Below are positions 58,533 through 64,000 of a stretch of DNA of 64,000 nucleotides, one piece after another. The DNA lies in NCBI GenBank assembly GCA_003233455.1, contig QILQ01000012.1, positions 4,441-68,440 on the forward strand, read 5' to 3'. Under the pieces are notes generated by a model, which searched no databases, was not told where the DNA came from, and saw only the letters and a list, made by a program, of their open reading frames with translations. Numbering within the stretch: the first letter of the stretch is position 1; the number at the start of each line of letters is the position of its first letter. The position numbers and the translations under genes were made by a program. This DNA is from Candidatus Zambryskiibacteriota bacterium. Its GTDB lineage: Bacteria; Patescibacteriota; Minisyncoccia; Phycocordibacterales; WO2-35-19.

Positions 58533-58793
58533 ATGCCAATAACAAAATCAGCCAAAAAAGCGTTGAGAGGCTCTAAAAAGAAGAGAGTTTTTAATTTACG
58601 CAAAAAAAATAAGATGCAAAGCGTAATAAAAGAATATAAAAAATTAGTTTCAGCTAAAAAAACAGATGAAGCTAAAAAACTTATACCCGAACTTCAAAAA
58701 GCCATAGATAAAGCTAAAAAGAAGGGAATTATAAAGAAAAACACCGCTGCTCGCAGGAAATCTCATCTCGTCAAATTAACTATAAAATTATAA
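58533..58793 (+). CDS. rpsT: 30S ribosomal protein S20
   Basis: MPITKSAKKALR...IDKA..GIIKKNTAARRKS. Confidence 0.96.
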   Translation: MPITKSAKKALRGSKKKRVFNLRKKNKMQSVIKEYKKLVSAKKTDEAKKLIPELQKAIDKAKKKGIIKKNTAARRKSHLVKLTIKL

Positions 58794-58847
58794 AAACAAA
58801 AAGTGGTGGGAAGACCTCTTTTTTGTTAAGGTGTAACTGTATTAAAT

Positions 58848-58919
58848 GCTCTCATCGTTCAATGGATAGGACATAACTTTGCGGAAGTTAAAATGTAGGT
58901 TCGATTCCTACTGGGAGCA
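58848..58919 (+). tRNA. tRNA-Arg(GCG)
   Basis: Cloverleaf with anticodon arm TAACT-TTGCGGA-AGTTA. Confidence 0.9.
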
Positions 58920-58921
58920 CA

Positions 58922-60082
58922 TTAAACAAGTGGTAATTTTTTGGAAAATTCTGACAAAACAAACTGTTCAAAATTCTCACCCTCTTTATTCGGACGCTTT
59001 TTATATTCTTGATAAAATTTAAATATCAAATCTCGTAAATGATTTTCTTCAAATTGCTTAAAATACTCTAGTGACTTATCTCTTAAGTCATCAAGTGAGT
59101 TTATCCCCAACTTATCACATCTTAGCCGAAAATTTCTACTTTGTTTTAATTCTTTTTGAAATCCTCCTTCGGAGAACTCATTCAGTTTTTTAGCAAAATC
59201 TTCATAGGTTTGTGGCGATTTGTCTTTCTTAAGAACATCATTATACGTTCTTATAAATTCTTCGCACAACAAACTAAAATATCCTTCACCATAATCTTGC
59301 CTTAATTTTTCGCTGGCAAGTTTGGATATTTCTCCTTTTTGTTTATCTGTTAACTGTTGAGAAAGTTTTTCCACAATTGGATTTATAATGCTGTGAAGAA
59401 ATTCATGGTCTTGATTATCTACATTATCAATATGAGAAATTATAATATATTCACCAGGAAATGCTGGAAAGGCTCTACCGGAATTTTTTCTATAAAGTGG
59501 GTCAGTTGGAACAAAGCTTATTTTTTGCACATCTGTTGTTTTAGAATCTGGTTTGAAAAAATCAATCAAGGATTCAATCCGTTGTCTGGTTTCTTCCAAC
59601 CTCTTCAATCTTTCATTTCTGTCGTCTTCTATTTTGATGGCAAACTTTTCAGCCAATAGAGAATCAGAAAAAACTTGGTCAAAATTTTCAAGAATTTCTA
59701 ATAACTTGCGATGAACTTCTTGTGGATTTTTTACGTGCGGTTTGTATTTTGCTACCATCTCCAGAACCTTTTTTGCTCGTTCAGGGTGTTTATATGTGAG
59801 AGCCAAGTTATAAAGAGTTTCTTCGTCAACCCCTTGCTCATAAAAATCTCGTATTGTGTCAATAACTTCCGAACTCAAGGGATTATCTTTGAAATAGTCC
59901 GCCGTTTCCATTGCTGGAGTAGTTTCAGTTTCTCCCCAATCTGGATTTTCTGCCTTTAGCAATAAAGAAAATAACTGAGCGCCCCTTTCTTCTTGTATCA
60001 CAATTTCAGGAGTTTTCATTACCTCAAAAACTCCTTCTGGTTTTTTAATATTTTGATTTATTTTTGATTCAAATTTATCCAT
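58922..60082 (-). CDS. hypothetical protein with zincin-like HExxH motif
   Basis: HEFLHSIINP with downstream CEE. Confidence 0.6.
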   Translation of the reverse strand: MDKFESKINQNIKKPEGVFEVMKTPEIVIQEERGAQLFSLLLKAENPDWGETETTPAMETADYFKDNPLSSEVIDTIRDFYEQGVDEETLYNLALTYKHPERAKKVLEMVAKYKPHVKNPQEVHRKLLEILENFDQVFSDSLLAEKFAIKIEDDRNERLKRLEETRQRIESLIDFFKPDSKTTDVQKISFVPTDPLYRKNSGRAFPAFPGEYIIISHIDNVDNQDHEFLHSIINPIVEKLSQQLTDKQKGEISKLASEKLRQDYGEGYFSLLCEEFIRTYNDVLKKDKSPQTYEDFAKKLNEFSEGGFQKELKQSRNFRLRCDKLGINSLDDLRDKSLEYFKQFEENHLRDLIFKFYQEYKKRPNKEGENFEQFVLSEFSKKLPLV

Positions 60083-60096
60083 ATTTTAAATTTTCA

Positions 60097-60933
60097 TTAT
60101 TTTAGTTTCTCCTCTTTCGGATTTGACAAGTAATTCTTTCTTGTTGAAACTTTTTTACCACTCTTTAATTCCAAATCTTTTCTTGCTTTGCCAGCAACCG
60201 CCCCACCCTCCCGCGCTGTGATTTTATTTTCACCCAAACCTTTTGCGTTTTTGTTTTTCGTAATTTCTGTCGTAGATGCCTCACCAAGCATTGAAAAAAT
60301 CAATTCTAAGTCATTCATATGGTCACGCAGATTTTCTCTTTTGAGTTTTTTGAACTTCTTATATTCACTTGGTGTCATGCCAAAAGTCGCTTTAGAAATT
60401 TCGGCTGTTAAAATTGCATATTCCACCCCTTCTTTCACATCTCTTTTTTGCCATTCGTCAGTCAATGTTTCGCGGACTTCAATGCCTCGCATTCTTTTTT
60501 CTATCCAAACATTTGAATATCCTTTTGCTTTATAGATTGCTCGTGTGCGTTTTATCGCCAATTCTGGGTCTTCAATCTCTTGCACTCGCTCATAACCAAC
60601 TTTTGCAAACCACCGCTTAAACGGTTCTGCTTTTGGTGATGGGATTGATTGAATGATACGAAAAGTTGTTTCGGTATTTGCACAGTCTGTTTCTCTTTTT
60701 TTGCCGTCAGAAGCCATTATTTTCAACCGTCCGATATTTTCGGACACTTCAGAATAACCTTCTTTTTTGAGTTTACTTTTCAAATCACTCCAATATTTCC
60801 GTGGTCTTTCTGTTTCGGTTAGAGCCTTAATAATATCAATGATAGAAAACCACCATTCATTTTTATAAATAATTTTACGAATCTCTTTTCTGCGAAAAAT
60901 TGCTATTTTTGTTGTTGTGATTTTTTTCGCCAT
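60097..60933 (-). CDS. BRO-N domain protein
   Basis: EWWFSIIDII..PRKYWSDLK...RIIQSIPSPKAEPFK. Confidence 0.9.
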   Translation of the reverse strand: MAKKITTTKIAIFRRKEIRKIIYKNEWWFSIIDIIKALTETERPRKYWSDLKSKLKKEGYSEVSENIGRLKIMASDGKKRETDCANTETTFRIIQSIPSPKAEPFKRWFAKVGYERVQEIEDPELAIKRTRAIYKAKGYSNVWIEKRMRGIEVRETLTDEWQKRDVKEGVEYAILTAEISKATFGMTPSEYKKFKKLKRENLRDHMNDLELIFSMLGEASTTEITKNKNAKGLGENKITAREGGAVAGKARKDLELKSGKKVSTRKNYLSNPKEEKLK

Positions 60934-61044
60934 ATTATTTCAATAATTCATTATTTTAACCTCGGCTAATGTGTATGCTCTGTCTAAATCTAGGAGAGTT
61001 ACAGCGAACCCAGACTGCTAGAGTGTGATGTTAAGGTGCAAAAT

Positions 61045-61512
61045 TTATCTTGCCAAGAGTTTATCAAACCATTTATGAATTAGAGATTCTTCCAAAAATT
61101 CTTCTTCTAAAAATTCTAAAAGAACATCTCTAACATTATTTAAATCAATTTCTTCATTTATAGGCACTATGGTAAGAGGTAATAGAGAATTTGCTGAACG
61201 CATTAAAAGACGATAACCGTGAATATGCTCATCTTCAATCCAAAAAGATTGGTAAGACATCCAAGGATAAAGTCGTCCGCCAAAAACCACTCCTTTATGG
61301 ACTATCTTTATGGTAATTATTTTTGTTTCTTTATACGAAAGCATGCCGATAGTTAATCCGGCGATTATAATAAATACCCCAAACAAAAAATTGCCAAAAT
61401 AAAAAGCCAATACCGACGCACCTAAAGTGATTACGGCAAGTATCCAATACCAGTCATTGGTTTTTTTATCAAAATGATGTTCGGGCGAATGCCATTCTAA
61501 AATAGTTTCCAT
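61045..61512 (-). CDS. conserved hypothetical membrane protein
   Basis: LEWHSPEH..K..DWYW followed by two TMs. Confidence 0.7.
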   Translation of the reverse strand: METILEWHSPEHHFDKKTNDWYWILAVITLGASVLAFYFGNFLFGVFIIIAGLTIGMLSYKETKIITIKIVHKGVVFGGRLYPWMSYQSFWIEDEHIHGYRLLMRSANSLLPLTIVPINEEIDLNNVRDVLLEFLEEEFLEESLIHKWFDKLLAR

Positions 61513-61664
61513 TTGCTTTATTTTAACATATCAAATCATCTAACAACACTCCCGAGTGGGATATCATTAGAGACTTTAAGTAGAGAAAAAAATTTTCCTC
61601 CCCAAAATCAACTGAAAGTTTTAGTAATTTTCCTGAGCCCTCAACTGATTTGGCTGATATTATT

Positions 61665-61919
61665 TTACCGACTCTTATTTCTACTATAAAATAATGGTTT
61701 TAATTCTTTTTCAGAAATATACTGAGACGCTTGAATGAATATTTGTTTAAGTAAACCCTTATCAATTTCATAATGCATTGGTATGGTAAGAGTCTCTTTA
61801 CTTCCATCGACAATACGCCTAAGTTTTGCGTGGCTTCCATGCTGATCAATTTTTTTAAAACCAAAAGAAGTAAATATTTTAATTAAATCTTTACCTCCAA
61901 GAACTCTCAATTTAGGCAT
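61665..61919 (-). CDS. hicA: HicA-family toxin
   Basis: GF...QHGSH..L...LTIPMH.EIDKGLL. Confidence 0.9.
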   Translation of the reverse strand: MPKLRVLGGKDLIKIFTSFGFKKIDQHGSHAKLRRIVDGSKETLTIPMHYEIDKGLLKQIFIQASQYISEKELKPLFYSRNKSR

Positions 61920-62133
61920 ACTGGGGTATTTCAAAATTAACAAAAAGTGATGGTTTTTGATTCAATCCATTTTGTTTTAAATCTTCATCAGAAAAATGAA
62001 GTTCTGTGGCCTCTTGAATATTTTTTACAAGCTCGTCAAGGGTTTTTGCTTGAGTGAAAATAGGAAAATCATTAGCATGAGCTGTATAATATTTTTTACC
62101 TTTTTGAATTGTAAATTGGACTATATTTTTCAT
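61912..62133 (-). CDS. hicB: HicB-family antitoxin
   Basis: IFTQAKTLDELVKNIQEATELH. Confidence 0.88.
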   Translation of the reverse strand: MKNIVQFTIQKGKKYYTAHANDFPIFTQAKTLDELVKNIQEATELHFSDEDLKQNGLNQKPSLFVNFEIPQYA

Positions 62134-62263
62134 ATCTCTATTATAACATATAATACTCTTATTTCTACTTTTGCAAAATCTTTTATGTTTATCATAAGTA
62201 TAGAGTATAAATATTTTAACTTCATTGTCTATCGGGTATTTATGTTGTAATATCTATGTTTAT

Positions 62264-62350
62264 GGAAGGGTGGCAGAGAGGTCGAATGCACGAGTCTTGA
62301 AAACTCGAGTCTCCGCAAGGGGACCGTGGGTTCGAATCCCACCCCTTCCG
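62264..62350 (+). tRNA. tRNA-Ser(TGA)
   Basis: Anticodon arm CGAGT-CTTGAAA-ACTCG; long variable arm. Confidence 0.94.
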
Positions 62351-62530
62351 CAAATTGAAACTTCTATTGATTCTTTTTCTATGCGAAATGTTTGTTTTAC
62401 TCCAAAAACAAAAATCAAATCTACTTTCTCGGGCTTATCCTACTCTGAAAGATACTCATATAAATTTTTCAAGAGTTTTTGTTTTGTAGAATCATTTTGC
62501 ACATTCAAAATATTATCTACCAATTCTTTT

Positions 62531-63169
62531 TTATATAAATTTGTTTGCACTTGTGTGTACCAGTTCCGCGGCAGTTTTACCATTTTTGTTCATATAGTCG
62601 CACACCAATTTGAAGCCAATTGAATACCCAGACCATTTTGGAACATCTTTACCAAAATTCCACGACCAGTAATTTCCGCCTGGTTTCTCCCAGTCTTCTT
62701 TTTTTGCTTTTTTGATGAGAGATAAAATTTCTTCTTCAGATAAAGCAACAGACCACGGATATGGTTTGCCTTCATTAATTTCAATATCAAAATTATCTGC
62801 AAGACCTTCCGCAATAAAAGATTCTAATATACTCGGATTTTCCCAGGGGTACATGATACTCCGCGCGGCATGATGTAGTTCGTGAGTTATGGCGCGGGTT
62901 ATCGTGGGGGCAATGTTTGATAAAAATACCTCTGATTTTGTGTCTAAATAGATAAAAACAAGATTGGGGTTTGGAGAAAAACCGCCAACACCTGTTTCAG
63001 GAATTGTGTTTCCAGGATTATTGCATATTACAACATCGCATATTTGTAAAGACAATACTTTTTTTACTTTATTGATAGCCGACTGTGTTGACGAACGTAA
63101 AATATCTGAAATCTGCGCAACAGACGGATCTGAATCAGCTATGTATATTTTTATAAAATTTGATTTCAT
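62531..63169 (-). CDS. DUF2268-like predicted Zn-dependent protease
   Basis: IPETGVGG, HELHH, EGLA and WSGYSIG. Confidence 0.85.
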   Translation of the reverse strand: MKSNFIKIYIADSDPSVAQISDILRSSTQSAINKVKKVLSLQICDVVICNNPGNTIPETGVGGFSPNPNLVFIYLDTKSEVFLSNIAPTITRAITHELHHAARSIMYPWENPSILESFIAEGLADNFDIEINEGKPYPWSVALSEEEILSLIKKAKKEDWEKPGGNYWSWNFGKDVPKWSGYSIGFKLVCDYMNKNGKTAAELVHTSANKFI

Positions 63170-63219
63170 TATATTGAAAGTATAGCACATCACTATAATA
63201 CTATTAAATTATTGAAAAT

Positions 63220-63426
63220 ATGGCAAAAGAAATTACAATCGGGAAAAATATAAAGAAATACCGCAATAAACTAGGATTATCACAAGAAGAGTTTGCTCAA
63301 AAATCTGGTGTAAAATATACAACTCTAACAAAGATTGAAAGTAGCGTAATAAAAAAACCATCTGTTATGATTATGGCACAAATTGCCAAAACGCTTGGCG
63401 TTTCTATTGAGGATTTAATAAATTAA
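63220..63426 (+). CDS. XRE-family HTH regulator
   Basis: IGKNIKKYRNKLGLSQEEFA...TLTKIES. Confidence 0.9.
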   Translation: MAKEITIGKNIKKYRNKLGLSQEEFAQKSGVKYTTLTKIESSVIKKPSVMIMAQIAKTLGVSIEDLIN

Positions 63427-63436
63427 AAATATACTC

Positions 63437-63964
63437 ATGGCTACATTAGACGAAATAAAAAAGCAAATAAAAAATCTTAGTATAGGGAGTAAGCTTCTTG
63501 GAATAAAGGAAATTAAGGCACTTCCCGATATTTTATGGGAAGATGAAAAACTTGAAAAGATAGTTCAAGGTTTTTATGAAAATGGGAACGGAATACTTAT
63601 TGCCACAAATAGGAGGTTAGTTTTTGTGGACAAAGGTATGATTTATGGAATTAAGGTAGAAGATTTTCCATACGATAAAATTTCTTCGATTCAGTATCAA
63701 ACTGGGATACTTGGCGGAAAAATAACCATTTTTGCTTCTGGCAACAAAGCTGAGATAAAACGAGTAGTAAACGCACAAGCAAAAAATTTTGGTGACTACG
63801 TACGGGCAATGATTTCTAAGACGCAAGATCATTTAAGTAATACAAGCCAACACGCTGAGGATGACATGACTATACAACTTGAAAAATTAGCTATATTGAA
63901 GCAGAAAGGAATTCTTACGGAGGAAGAATTTAATGCTAAAAAGAAATTAATTCTTGGTTTATAA
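63437..63964 (+). CDS. bacterial PH domain plus SHOCT protein
   Basis: GILIATNRRLVFV..YDKISSI; LEKLAILKQKGILTEEEFNAKKKLIL. Confidence 0.88.
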   Translation: MATLDEIKKQIKNLSIGSKLLGIKEIKALPDILWEDEKLEKIVQGFYENGNGILIATNRRLVFVDKGMIYGIKVEDFPYDKISSIQYQTGILGGKITIFASGNKAEIKRVVNAQAKNFGDYVRAMISKTQDHLSNTSQHAEDDMTIQLEKLAILKQKGILTEEEFNAKKKLILGL

Positions 63965-64000
63965 ATAATTTAAAATAAAACTATGGAAAATTTATTCAAG

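Noticed and set aside
62225-62623. 132-aa ORF
   Set aside because: It overlaps tRNA-Ser and the antisense of the protease gene.
60097-63964. Prophage suggested by BRO-N and XRE genes
   Set aside because: No integrase, terminase or structural genes in the window.

Overview
AT-rich chromosomal window that looks like a Patescibacteria (CPR, Parcubacteria-type) genome; this is inferred from gene content and gene forms. It spans the probable origin (yidC-rnpA-rpmH / dnaA-dnaN). Housekeeping genes include hup, infC-rpmI-rplT, intein-containing pcrA/uvrD, rsmA, PBP1A, tyrS, ruvA/B/C, pilB, tsaE, polA, mutM, murE and rpsT, plus five tRNAs, one with the rare Arg-GCG anticodon. Accessory content includes a CPR-type T4SS-like cluster, a decayed methyltransferase/HNH island at tRNA-Gly, a dead IS256-like element and many toxin-antitoxin genes. 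The best candidate for an undescribed system is antitoxin-less RNase genes (two NYN, one PemK-like, possibly also HepT) each faced at the 3' end by a convergent short structured RNA; the NYN and PemK-like loci also have a clear sigma70-like promoter, and the two NYN-linked RNAs share sequence and a G-U-compatible hairpin. The second signal is that core genes carry in-frame palindromic insertions, including a 48-bp core shared by polA and murE with unrelated self-complementary arms. All calls come from reading the sequence by eye; no database searches were run.
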